Positions 27,084 through 38,332 of a stretch of DNA of 64,000 nt are shown in pieces. Positions within the stretch are counted from its first letter, which is position 1. Every line of letters starts with the position of its first letter. Position numbers and translations under genes: made by a program. The notes beneath the pieces were generated by a model, which ran no database searches, was not told where the DNA came from, and was given only the letters and a program-made list of their open reading frames with translations. Source of the DNA: Squalus acanthias (taxonomy: Eukaryota); assembly GCA_030390025.1 (NCBI GenBank), contig CM059443.1:63302001-63366000 (forward strand), read 5' to 3'.

Positions 27084-28224
27084 AAAAATATTCATAAAAA
27101 GAAAAAATAAAGTCAATTGATTTTTTTTTTAATTGCTCCTTCTCGGGTCAAATTTATTTTTGTTTACAATAACTGAAACACAGCTGAATTCACTGTATTT
27201 ACAAGCTTGCATATCATTAAACCCAGAAGCAGTCACGCTTACAAAAATTGGTCCACGTAACATAGATAAACCCAATTCTGGTCTTCCATCCAAATACAGC
27301 GCCACAAAAGAAACAAACATATTAAATCTGCCTGCCACAGCATCAGACTGGGGAGGTGAAACACAACCACCCTGTCCACCTGCAGCTGTGGAACAGATTC
27401 AAGAAGTTATCACTGATATAATCTATTCACTCATTGACACTCCTGTCTAAAGTGATAACTGAACAAAACAAACCTAATCCCAGTCTCTGAAACCGACACC
27501 CATCAGTAACAGACCTTCGGATATAAAATGACAAGTCAGCCAGCTGTCCCACTGCCACTGTATGACAATTGCAAGCAGTCCATCAAACCAGGAGGATGGG
27601 TGTGACGATGAATAAGGGCAGAAGCCAGTGTCCCTGGCGCTTGCTCCGATATGCATTTTCTGATTATAATCTGCCCTTTAATGCATGACTCATACACCAC
27701 CAGAAGTTCAACAAGTGCATTCGTTTGTCATTCAACAGTGGCCGTAGAGCTGGGAGCTGTCAATAATGAAAAGAGAAAGAGAGGAAAGAAAAAAAAACCC
27801 GTCTCTTCTGCACCACCAAACTAGTGCCACACGGTTGCAGGCGTTTCTCAGAGTTCTCACCTTTCAGGTTGTGGGGCTTGGACAAATATCAGAATTCATC
27901 CCTAAGAATTCATTAGGAGAACAATGAAGTAATGACACCTCATTTCAGACACGAGTGTCATATCTCAAAGGTTTAGATCAAAGTACCGGATTATCACATT
28001 AGACAGATTAAACATCATTAAGTCTAAACTTGCAGCTTTGACTTTTTACTTCCATTAAACTCCTTCACTCAACAGCAAGTTAATAAACCAACTGGCTTTT
28101 GACATTTTAAAATGCATTTTAAATGACTTATAGAAAACAGACAAATTAAAAAGTGTTAATTTGCTATCATTTGCTACAGCTTAATATCACTTAACAGAGG
28201 TGTAACACCAAAAGTGAAAACTTA

Positions 28225-28460
28225 CTCAGTTTATCTGCTGCTGAAACCCTCATTCATGCTCTTATTACCTCCAGATTCAACTATTCCAACGCTCTCCTGG
28301 CCGGCCTTCCATCTTCCACCCTCCATAAACTTGAGCTCATTCAAAACTCTGCTGCCCGTATCCTAACCAACACCAAGCCCTGTTCACACTTCACCCCTGT
28401 GCTCGCTGATCTACATTGGCTCCCGGTCCACCAACGCCTCGATTTTTAAAATTTTCATCC
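28225..28460 (+). mobile_element. L2-type LINE fragment
   Basis: Encodes AAETLIHALITSRFNYSNALLAG...LIQNSAARIL...LHWLPV, typical of L2 ORF2 C-terminus. Confidence 0.8.
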
Positions 28461-29016
28461 CGATGTCGTCACGGAACTCGACACAAAGCTTGTGGTCCAG
28501 CCTCCAATTTTTCTGGCTTTCTTTAAGTTAACTCTTATTTCTATCCCTCCTTCCCACCTAATGGCAAGGCTGAGATCAGGAACTCAAATTGTAGGAGACT
28601 GCATGTCCATCTATGTCATGCTAATCTATGGTGCAGAGCATTGGAGCTTGCTTCACTTGCAGCCCCTTTCAAAGAGAAGGTGTATTCATATTGCATGCAA
28701 ATTAGATGAATGCATTGCGACGAATAAGGAGCTTCAGTCAAAGTTCGAATCATAAGCAACTCTATATATATTCTTAATATCTGCACATAAGAAACTGGCA
28801 GACACTTTGAATTTTGGCTACTGCTACAGCCAGTATGCAGGTTGAAATACAGGATCCATTTCAGACGAGCTCCACGTCTTTCATATTTAACCGAAGAGAC
28901 TGGACATCCTTCCGTGCAAATACATTTTATTTGTAAAACTTGTTAAGAATAAATGTACTTCAACTGAAAACCATTTGGTACAGCAGCTTCCTTTGATCCG
29001 TGATTGGTCCAATACA

Positions 29017-29730
29017 TCAACTTGTATTTATATAGCGCCTTTAACGTAGGAAAACACCAGAAGCTGCTTCACAGGAGCGTAAAAAGACAACAATTTACAC
29101 CAAGACAAAGGAGGAGATATTAGGACGCGTGACTAAAAGCTTGGTCAAAGAGCGAAGTTTCAAGGAGGGTCTTAAAGGAGGAGAGAGAGGTGGAGAGACG
29201 GAGAGGTTTAGGGAGAGAATTCTAGAGCTTGGGGCCTAGACGGCTGAAAGCATGGCTGCCAATGGTGGGGTGACGGGAGTGGGAGATGCACAGAAGTTCA
29301 CATTTGGAGGGGTGTAGGGCTGGAGGAGGTTACAGGAGATAAGCTGGAGCGAGGCCATGGAGGGATTTAAACATGAGGATGAAAACTTTAAAACTGAGGC
29401 ATTGGTGGACTGGGAGCCAATGTAGATCACCGAACACAGGGGTGATGGGTGAGCGGGACTTTGTGCAGGTTAGAATACAGACAATAGAGATTTGGATGAG
29501 CTCAAGAGGGTGGAAGAGGGGCGGTCGGCCAGGAGAGCACTGTAACAGTTAAGTCTGCAGGCAACAAAAGCATGGATGAGGGATTCAACAGCAAATGAGC
29601 TGAGGCAGGGGCAGAGACGGGGGATATTATGGAGGTGGAAGTAGGAGGTCTTTGTGATAGAGCAGATATGGGGTCGGAAGCTCAGTTCAGCGTCAAATAG
29701 GATGCTGAGGTTGCGAACTGTCTGGTTCAG
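29017..29730 (-). mobile_element. L2-type LINE 3' fragment
   Basis: Reverse complement ends in AAAGGCGCTATATAAATACAAGTTG; homologous to the 58770-59350 copy. Confidence 0.8.
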
Positions 29731-30174
29731 CTCGAGGCAGTAGCCAGGGGGGTAATGTTAGTCAATGGTTTTCTGATCATTTGTAAGATGGCCCAAAAGG
29801 GTGGGAGGAGTGTTGAAATCACTGCAACCATTCTCTCAGGCAGATCAGAGCAAAACCACCAGGCACTCACTAAGGCAACTGGAGATGGAGCCGGGACCAA
29901 AGAGCAACTCACCGCAGCTGAAGGGAGAAACTAGACAATTGCTGGACACTAAAAGGAGACAAGTTAGAAACAATTCTGTGTAAAGGACCCCCTGAAAATA
30001 CTGACACACTCCTGGGAACCCCTTGTCCTAACTTCTAAAAGATAATGGCAGCCACCCAAAGGAAAACCGTGCTAGCATTACAGAAAATGTATTTATTAGT
30101 ATACAGCAACAGAGATAATGTGGTAATAGGTCAACATTTGCATTGTTGCATAAACTTGGCTCATTAGTATCTCC

Positions 30175-30562
30175 TGATTGAGGGGCATTCTGATCAAGGT
30201 GTTTAAAATGTTTAAGGGATTTGATAGGGTAGATACAGAGAAACTATTTCCTCTGGTGGGGGACTCGGGAACAAGGAGACATAATCTTAAAATTACAACT
30301 AGACCGTTCAGGAGCGAAATCAGGAAGCACTTTTTCCACACAAGGGGTGGTAGATATTTGGAACTCTTTCCCCAAAAAGGCTATGGACGCTGGTGAACAA
30401 TTTGATCTTTCAAGACTGAGCTAGATAGATTTGTTAGGCAAAGAGATCAAGTGATATGGAGCAAAGGTGGGAAATGGAGTTGAGGTACAGATCAGCCAAG
30501 ATCTAATTAAATGGCAGAGCAGGCCAGAAGGGCTGAATGGCCTACTCCTGTTCCTAATATTC
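30175..30562 (+). mobile_element. CR1 (HER1-like) LINE 3' fragment
   Basis: LRGILIKVFKMFKGFDRVDTEKLFPL..TRRHNLK..FF; tail GAATGGCCTACTCCTGTTCCT. Confidence 0.85.
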
Positions 30563-31397
30563 CTGTGCAGTTTTTGTTCCTTTTTGTTTCTACAGAACTC
30601 CGATGATGGACAGACATAAATATGATGACCTGGGGTTACCCTGGTATTCAGGAGCCCAGTTTGAAAAAAAACTATTCCTTAAGAGGAGTCTGGTGCAGTT
30701 AAGTAATTGACAGAAATTTTTCTTTGGCTTGTTTGAGCCAACACGATTATGTTAGTAGCTTGGATTTTAGACCACACAATCATAAATTCAATCTATTTAA
30801 AACAAGGATAATCTTTATCCTTTATTTTTTAATATTGTAGGAGATGAACTATGCCAGTTTTATGCCTTGAAACTTAGAATTTATTGTTGTTTGAAATATT
30901 AAAAGATCTCAGTCAGCATGTTTTTACAATATGACTATAAAAGAATGGTGTTTGATAATTAAAAGTGATGGAGAGGATGAATGAGATCGTTTATAAAAGA
31001 AAGAGAAATATACCATCCACCCTGAATTGGCATATGATCTTCAGTTTAACCATTCATCCAAAGGATAGCACCTCTGACAATGCAGCACTTCCTCAGTATC
31101 CCAGATTATGTACTCAAGTTCTGCAGCAGGGCTTGAACCCATAACCTTTTGACTCAGTAGGTTATCAATGATGTTATTTTAGTAAGAAAAAATGCTGTCA
31201 CCTTGTCCTACAGATGGACAGGGTTCATTCAGGCATCCTGTGTGTAGCTTGTATTCTCCTAGCCATGTCCACCAACACTGAGCTGTGGTGTTGCTTTACC
31301 CCTAGTCGCAGCTCATACATAATAGTACGTAAGAGAGGTTTTCCTGGATAATCAATCTCCAGAAGAGATCAAAGAAGATGATATGGACTTATGATAA

Positions 31398-31632
31398 CAC
31401 AAAAGCAAAATACTGCGGATGCTGGAAATCTGAAAAGAAAACAGAAAAGCTGGAAATACTCAGCAGGTCAGGCAGCATCTGTGGAGAGAGAAACAGAGTT
31501 AACGTTTCAGCTCGATGACCTTTCATCAGAACTGGCTGCCCTGTTCTGACGAAAAGTGATCGACCTGAAACGCTAACTTTGTTTCTCTCTCCACAGGTGC
31601 TGCCTGATCTGCTGAGTATTTCCAGTATTTTC
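31398..31632. mobile_element. Penelope-like element terminus: two inverted hammerhead-bearing terminal repeats
   Basis: Inverted arms flanked by a 14-bp TSD TGGACTTATGATAA (31384-31397, 31633-31646). Confidence 0.8.
31497..31533 (-). ncRNA. Minimal type I hammerhead ribozyme motif
   Basis: AGUU-CUGAUGA-A-AGGUC(AUC)GAGCU-GAAAC-GUU^AACU; stem I AGUU/AACU; palindromic AACGUU stem III. Confidence 0.7.
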
Positions 31633-31911
31633 TGGACTTATGATAATGTCTGACTTCCCTCATCCCCAACTCTGCAGGAAACAAGCATAGGACTCCAAGA
31701 GGAAGACCATCTGATCATCCTTCTATAGTGATAACAATCAATTGGATCCAAACAGACTGTTAACTTTCCTTCCACCCCTGATTCAATCCACTATTTAACC
31801 AGATTCTGCACGGCAATAAGCGGAAAACTCCACCTTGTCCTGTATGGTCTTCCCCAGCCATTGGGGTGCATGCTGGCCAAAAAAAAATTATGAATCACAA
31901 CTTTTAAACTA

Positions 31912-32200
31912 CAGGTTGAGCGTCCCGAATCCGGCAACCTCGGGACCGAGGCCGAGCCGGTTTTCGTGTTTTTCCAGACTTCGGAACGTGTTTCTGATGT
32001 CCGAAGTCTGGAAATATCGCAACCTGGGCTCGGCGTTTTCGGACTTCGGACATCAGAAACACGTTCCAAGTCCGGAAATGCCTGGGCCCAGGTTGCGGTT
32101 TGACAGAGTGTCCAGATTCCGGAACATTTTACGGATTCCGGACGACCCTGCCACCAATCGTCCCGGAGTCCGGATCTCCGGATTTTGGACGCTCAACCTG
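31912..32200. mobile_element. pogo/Tigger-like MITE
   Basis: 23-bp TIRs CAGGTTGAGCGTCC..AATCCGG (2 mismatches), TA TSD; CpG-rich. Confidence 0.88.
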
Positions 32201-32881
32201 TACTGCATTTGCACAGTGTTCCATGCATTGTTGTTCCACTGCTGTGGAATTCATCACAATATAAATTGGCCAGATTCCACAGCAATCTAGGTCCCTCAGA
32301 TAATATTGGAGAACTGCTTCAGGAAGCTGCCTTGTAATATAAATGGGCCATAAGATGGACGCCTGGACATCTGATATCTGGTTGAGTATGAACACAATTC
32401 CAATAGACTGAAACAGGAGCCAAATTTCTGGCTACCTCCATACTTGGGAAGTATTAGTGATGCAAGTTAATGATGCCCACTGAGCGCAATAGAAGGTCGC
32501 CAGAAAAGTTTTGCAAGGTTACCTAGAGTAACAACCACGCTGGGGGATTCAAGCACCATGTGTTATTAGGACAAAGTTAAAGGTCAAAGCATCATCTCAC
32601 TCTACGCTAGGAATCTGATGGGTTCCTACATCCTTGTCAGACACTTATACTTCCTGTCAAATAAAAATCCTCCATGCCCCCCCAAAAGTTTTATTTCAAC
32701 ACCAAGCCTTCAAATCAGGGTCTCAAATGGCACAAGACCTCAACATGTCAGGCTTCCCCTGAAACCTCTGCCACAGCACAGTAATAATGTGACTGAATTT
32801 GATCCCTATAAATAAGATAATACAAATAACAAGAGCTTTACATTTCTGTATTGTGTCACATACAGAAATATGCAAGCAAAC

Positions 32882-33372
32882 GAAGGTTCACGAGATTGAT
32901 TCCTGGGATGGCGGGACTGTCGTATGAGAAGAGATTGAGTAAACTAGGCCTATATTCTCTTGAATTCAGAAGAATGAGAGGGGGTCTCATTGAAGCATAC
33001 AAAATTATTACAGGGCTTGATAGGGTGGATGCTGGGAGAATGTTTCCCTTGGCTGGGGAGTCTAGAACCAGGGGCCACAGCCTCAGGATAAAGGGTAGGC
33101 CATTCAGGACTGAGATGAGAAGAAATTTCTTCACCCAGAGGGTGGTGAATCTTTGAAATTCTCTACCCCAGAGGGCTGTGGAGGCTCAGTCATTGGGTAT
33201 ATTCAAAACAGAAGTCGATAGATTTCTGACTAGTAAGGGCATCAAGGGATATGGTGATAGGGCCGGTGAATGGAGTTAAGGCAGAAGATCAGCCATGATC
33301 TCATTGAATGGCGGAGCAGGCTCGAAGGGCCGAATGGCCTACTCCTGCTCCTATTTCTTATGTTCTTATGTT
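32882..33372 (+). mobile_element. CR1 (HER1-like) LINE 3' fragment
   Basis: RRFTRLIPGMAGLSYEKRLSKLGLYSLEFRRMRGGLIE...FFTQRVVNL* with a premature stop at the conserved W; tail TTCTTATGTTCTTATGTT. Confidence 0.9.
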
Positions 33373-34119
33373 AAACCATGTCACAGTTCTTAAATTTCTA
33401 GGATTCTCTAACATTTTCAAAAACATTCAATTTTTAAAAATATTCTATAATTAAGTAAAATATTTAGTCTATAGCATCCGCTGTCAGCTGATGCAGAATG
33501 TGAAAAGTATCATTATAACCAATCTGCAATGTTACATGGTACTTAATTATACACATTTAATAAAAAGAATTACCCTTGAAATTCCTTATGTAGCAATTTT
33601 AGATTATATATAAAGAGAATACTTTATGAGGAATTGAGATAAAATTACACTCCTCTGTGCAATAAAGAATAAATTTTAAAAATCTTGCATTCATATAGTA
33701 CCTTATCATGCCACATTTCAAAGCGCTGCAGACAATGAATTACTTTTGTAGTGCCTGTTAAGTGGGTAAATGAATATACATCTCTTCATAATTCATGTGT
33801 CGCATTATACACATATGGTCAGCATCACATTGGATATAAATCATTTTATTTGGTCTAAATTGTCCGATCAATTATATTTTATAAAGTTAGGAAAGCAAAA
33901 GATGTCCATTAATTTAGTTAGAACAGTTTTTTTCATTCAGACACAGATATACACATTAAGAAACTGACATGGAATCCTTTCGTTATCTGTTGGTGTTAAC
34001 TTTTTATAAATAAATAGCAGAAATAATTAAATGCCCCTAATTTCCATTTCCCGCTATCTGATTCCATGCAGATTTTTTTCACTTTTTTTTTCTCCCCACC
34101 TCTCCTCAGGAACAGACTT

Positions 34120-34480
34120 CGTGCCCATGGAAGTACGTGGCAGGCAGGTCTGTTGGCATCTAGCCACCATCCTGTACCCCACCAGGGTCTTCATTCCCCA
34201 TGTGTGAGCCTAGACAGTGTCAGCACGCTATGGGAGTGAGAGCTTGGCTGAGGGGAGAGGGAGGTAGGTGGGGGCATCATAGCTGAGCTCATTCCTGCCC
34301 TCACCCAATGTACACACACATTTCCCCTCAGGTACCACTGGATAGCAATCAGGAGCAGAAACCCCAACTGATTTTTCCTTTCCCTAGCCCGGCGTCCTGA
34401 TGCCAATTAAAGTACCCCTACCGTCACCTTAGCCGAGATTAGTTAACATAGCAGAGACCAGGGAGAAAACCTACGACTTT
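34120..34480 (-). mobile_element. Ancient tRNA-derived SINE (AmnSINE2-like, tentative)
   Basis: cactggatagcaatcaggagc and atgtgtgagcctagacagtg shared with the other copies. Confidence 0.65.
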
Positions 34481-34645
34481 CTTTTCAGCTGTTTTTTAAA
34501 AATTTATTCACAGCCTATTAAACTCATTAGCTGCCTCTTTGTAATATTGGCTGGCATTTCTGTACTCTGGCCCTTTATTGGTTGTTTGCCCCTACCCTTT
34601 GTTTTGGTCAGTCCTACAAAAGCAATTATCTAACTCTCTTTTAGA

Positions 34646-35499
34646 TAATTGCTCTCACGCCTCCACTACTTGCCTTCAAGCAGCCGCCTAACCTCAAAAG
34701 TACCATAGTTCGCAGAAAATTACCCAGCTGTCAGGAGAACAGCGACCACGACACCACACAACCCTGCCACGGCAACCTCTGCAAGACATGCCAGATCATC
34801 AACACAGATACCATCATCACACGTGAGGACACTACCCACCAGGTACATGGTACATACTCATGTGACTCGGCCAACGTTGTCTACCTCATACGTTGCAGGA
34901 AAGAATGCACCGCGGCATGGTACATCGGCGAGACCATGCAGACACTGAGACAACGTATGAACGGACACCGCGCAACAATCGCCAGGCAGGATTGTTCCCT
35001 CCCAGTCGGGGAACACTTCAGCAGTCAAGGACATTCAGCCTCGGATCTGCGGGTTAGCGTTCTCCAAGGCGGCCTTCGAGACACACGACAACACAAAATC
35101 ATCGAGCAGAAACTGATAGCCAAGTTCCGCACCCATGAGGACGGCCTCAACCGGGATCTCGGGTTCATGTCACGCTACAGAACGTGACTCGACATCGTTG
35201 TCTGTTTTTCCAGTTTTAAAAAAAAGTTAAAAGCTTAACTGCAGACGGCAGCATTTGACACGTTGGACCCCCTGTGACCCACCTCATTGTCTTAGCTGTA
35301 CTCTGATGTGTCTTTGATGTAATGCCTCCCTGACGGATTGTATCTCTGCAGACACATTGTTCTCTGTCTATATATACTGTGTAATCGATTTGTATTCCCT
35401 CACTGTACCTGTACATGAAGAAGGAGCAGCGCTCCGAAAGCTCGTAATTTCAAATAAAACTGTTGGACTATAACCTGGTGTTGTGCGACTTCTCATTTT
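34646..35499 (+). mobile_element. Penelope-like retroelement 3' fragment with GIY-YIG endonuclease
   Basis: Stop-free frame 34645-35187: FKQPPNL...CKTC...SANVVYLIRC..C..WYIGET...RMNGH...EQKLI...GLN; hammerhead-like motif at 35411-35447; 11-bp TSD TCTCTTTTAGA. Confidence 0.9.
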
Positions 35500-35510
35500 T
35501 CTCTTTTAGA

Positions 35511-35635
35511 AGGCAAGGTTATTAAGGGTTATGGAATCAAGGCTGGTAGATGGAGTTAAGATACAGATCAGTCATGATCTAACTGAATGGCGGAACAGGC
35601 TCAAGGGGCTGAATGACCTCCTCCTGTTCCTGTTT
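35511..35635 (+). mobile_element. CR1 3' UTR fragment
   Basis: GATCAGTCATGATCTAACTGAATGGCGGAACAGGCTCAAGGGGCTGAATG. Confidence 0.75.
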
Positions 35636-36270
35636 TCCCAAGTTTTGCCAAAGGATCTCAACCCAAAGCATTAACCTGGATTTTCTCTTTCCAGATGCCA
35701 ACAGACCTGCCGCGTGCTCCCAACATTTTAAGTCACCTTCCTGGTCTGGATGGTTCAGCTCCACACCGGACAGTGCATTTACCAATTGACGCATTAGGGG
35801 AGCCTCAAGTTCCTTATCTTAATGGGTGGAATTGGCTCTTGTGAAGAAACTGGGCCACATTTAATAACATAACTCTTGTTAGAATTCTTGAAATGGTCGA
35901 ACGTAAAACCACCACCACATTTTAGCACATTATGATGAGTTAAGATGTTTGAGTGGTTTGGGAGAATCCCCTCCATTAAGCCAATCATTCTTTTTTGTGG
36001 CACTGTAGGAAGCATCCTTAAAATGCTTTCAACAGTTGATCTTGGGATATATTTCTACAAGTTTGACAGTTATCAGCTAACAGAGCCTGTGGCTGTTCTG
36101 CAACTTGACAACTTCAAACCATATATTTAATGAAAGTTATTGCACAGAGTTATAACCATAAATGCCACGAAGAGGCAATAGAAATAATTTAAAATATATA
36201 TTTAGTAGGGTGCTGTGGTATTATACTAACGTGCTGTGCCGCACAGTGGTTACGACTCCCTACACACAAG

Positions 36271-37027
36271 GGCCTGAAGTTTCCGCTAGGTTGCACTGAA
36301 AACAACAGTGCAATACACCCAAAATCGGCCAAACCAGTGCAAAAGATCGTGGAGAACTAAGTGCAAATTACGTCCAGCGCAAATCGAGTTTCCGCCATCT
36401 TACGCGTTATTTAAAAAAAAAATTGTGCTATAAGCTGGTCCCGCCCACAAAACCAGCCACACTCCCAGATCAAATTAATCACCATTGCGAGTTTCCGCTA
36501 ATCGTTTGCAGGCCTTCGATGAGGCTCTTAAAATTAAACTGGTTCTTTTGGGCGCAAGGACACTTAAGACACGTCTTAAAAGCTTTTGAATATAATTTTT
36601 TTTAATTTATTACGAAACTGACTACTGTACACCAATATTACTAGCAAATGGTTCTCTATAGTTTTTTTTAAAAGTCATTTCCAGTTATTTAAAATCGGGT
36701 TACTCACAGGTGGTGGAGTAGACACTCCGATTAAAATTGCTTATTTTTTGTGATAAACCCATTTTCAGCTGTATTAATCAAACTGCACCAAGTTATCACA
36801 CTTAAATATTATCAAGGAATATTCTTTTTTAAGCAATTTCCACCCCAAAAAAATTAAGTTCGAAAACGTTGTCCGATTGCGCTGGTTCATGGCAGATTTT
36901 ATGTTTGCCGATATGCAAATGAGTTTGGGCGGAAACTTGAGGGGGAAAAACTTCTCAAAACTAGCGCAATTTTGGTCACAATTCGCGCCTGAATCACCGA
37001 TTGCGCCCAAAGCGGAAACTCTGCCCC
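36271..37027. mobile_element. Non-autonomous DNA transposon, 3-bp TSD (Harbinger/PIF-like)
   Basis: Imperfect 17-bp TIRs (..AGTTTCCGCT), AAG on both flanks, AT-rich core with GC-rich ends. Confidence 0.7.
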
Positions 37028-37512
37028 AAGTTGTACAACTCAACTATCCCAGGTGGGGGCAGCAAACAAGGAGGAAACAATCAGAGGGAAAGTCACCATT
37101 GGAGGCACTCTTATCATAATTCATGTGTCGCTTCCTACTGGATGGTAAAAGGACAGCAATAACAGGAGCTGGAAGCAAGCCCCGGACTCACCCTCCCAGC
37201 ACGGAATGGTCCATTACATAGGGGAACCATAAAAGGGAAAGGACGAGATGAACCAATCCTAAACGGAAGCATTCTTACGGTTGACAAAGATGAGTGCTCA
37301 AAAATTGCTGAAACTTCGAACATTTATCAACAGTAAGCTGTTCATAAAGCTAAAATGGTCTAAGTGCCAAATCTCAGAGGTTTAAAGTGCAAGAGGTTAG
37401 AAAAGAAAGATACAACATGCAGAAGCCAAGTTAGACGTAGCTTAGAACTGAAGTATGTACAACTTTCAGGAGTAACAAATGTTTTATCGAACTGCTTTTT
37501 AGTAAAACTTAC

Positions 37513-37620
37513 CACTTCCTCATCTGACAGCTCCCGTCCCTGGATGCTGCTGTTTTCCCGTACAGCCTGCTGGTGTTTTCGCCCCTTAATGTGGCTGAAG
37601 AGATAGACCTCAGAAGTGAT
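37513..37620 (-). CDS. SCAPER: SCAPER internal exon (ITSEVYLFSHIKGRKHQQAVRENSSIQGRELSDEEV); C-half of zinc finger
   Basis: 108 nt, ccaaAG/GTAAGT, phase 0-0; HxxGxxH. Confidence 0.95.
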
Positions 37621-37940
37621 CTTTGGAAGAGGAAGTGACAACATTTCAAGCTCACTGAATCCTCTGAGCTTCCTACAGCATACAACAGGAGTAGGATCTT
37701 CACAAGGACCACTATCATGGTCCTGCAAACTAACCAACCCATCTTCTTTGCACACTTTTCCCATTTCTACATCCATTAAATTAAAGGGCCTTTATTTTGC
37801 ACGGTAGAGAAACTTGTAGGAATTTTTCAAAATAAAATAAAGGCCATTATACCCAACAATCGCATCGCTTTGTTAGCAATCAATCCCCAACCACCTGCCT
37901 TCGCACCACATCACTCGATCCTCTCTCGTCGGAAACACAC

Positions 37941-38262
37941 TTTTCCCCTTAGTAGAGGGGTCAATAACCAGGGGGCATAGTTTCAAGGAAAGGGGCAGGA
38001 GATTTAGAGGGGATTTGAGGAAAAACTTTTTCACCCAGAGGGTGGTTGGAATCTGGAACTCACTGCCTGAAAGGGTGGTAGAGGCAGGAACCCTCACAAC
38101 ATTCAAGAAGCATTTAGATGAGCACTTGAAACGCCATAGCATACAAGGCTATGGACCAAGTGCTGGAAAATGGGATTAGAATAGGCAGGGCTTGATGGCC
38201 GGCGCGGACACGATGGGCCGAAGGGCCTCTTTCTGTGCTGTATAACTCTATGACTCTATGAC
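37941..38262 (+). mobile_element. CR1 LINE 3' fragment (second subfamily)
   Basis: FPLVEGSITRGHSF..FFTQRVVGIWNSLP; tail ACTCTATGACTCTATGACT. Confidence 0.85.
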
Positions 38263-38332
38263 TAATTGTCTCTTGAGCCCATTTATATTGTTCTTTTCAA
38301 AGCACTCCCTTGGTAAGTTATTCCAAAACATT

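Noticed and set aside
31542-31578. Active plus-strand hammerhead
   Set aside because: Essential U16.1 replaced by C and stem II disrupted; predicted inactive
31835-32290. 151-aa ORF
   Set aside because: Runs through a GC-rich palindromic MITE with no protein similarity I recognise
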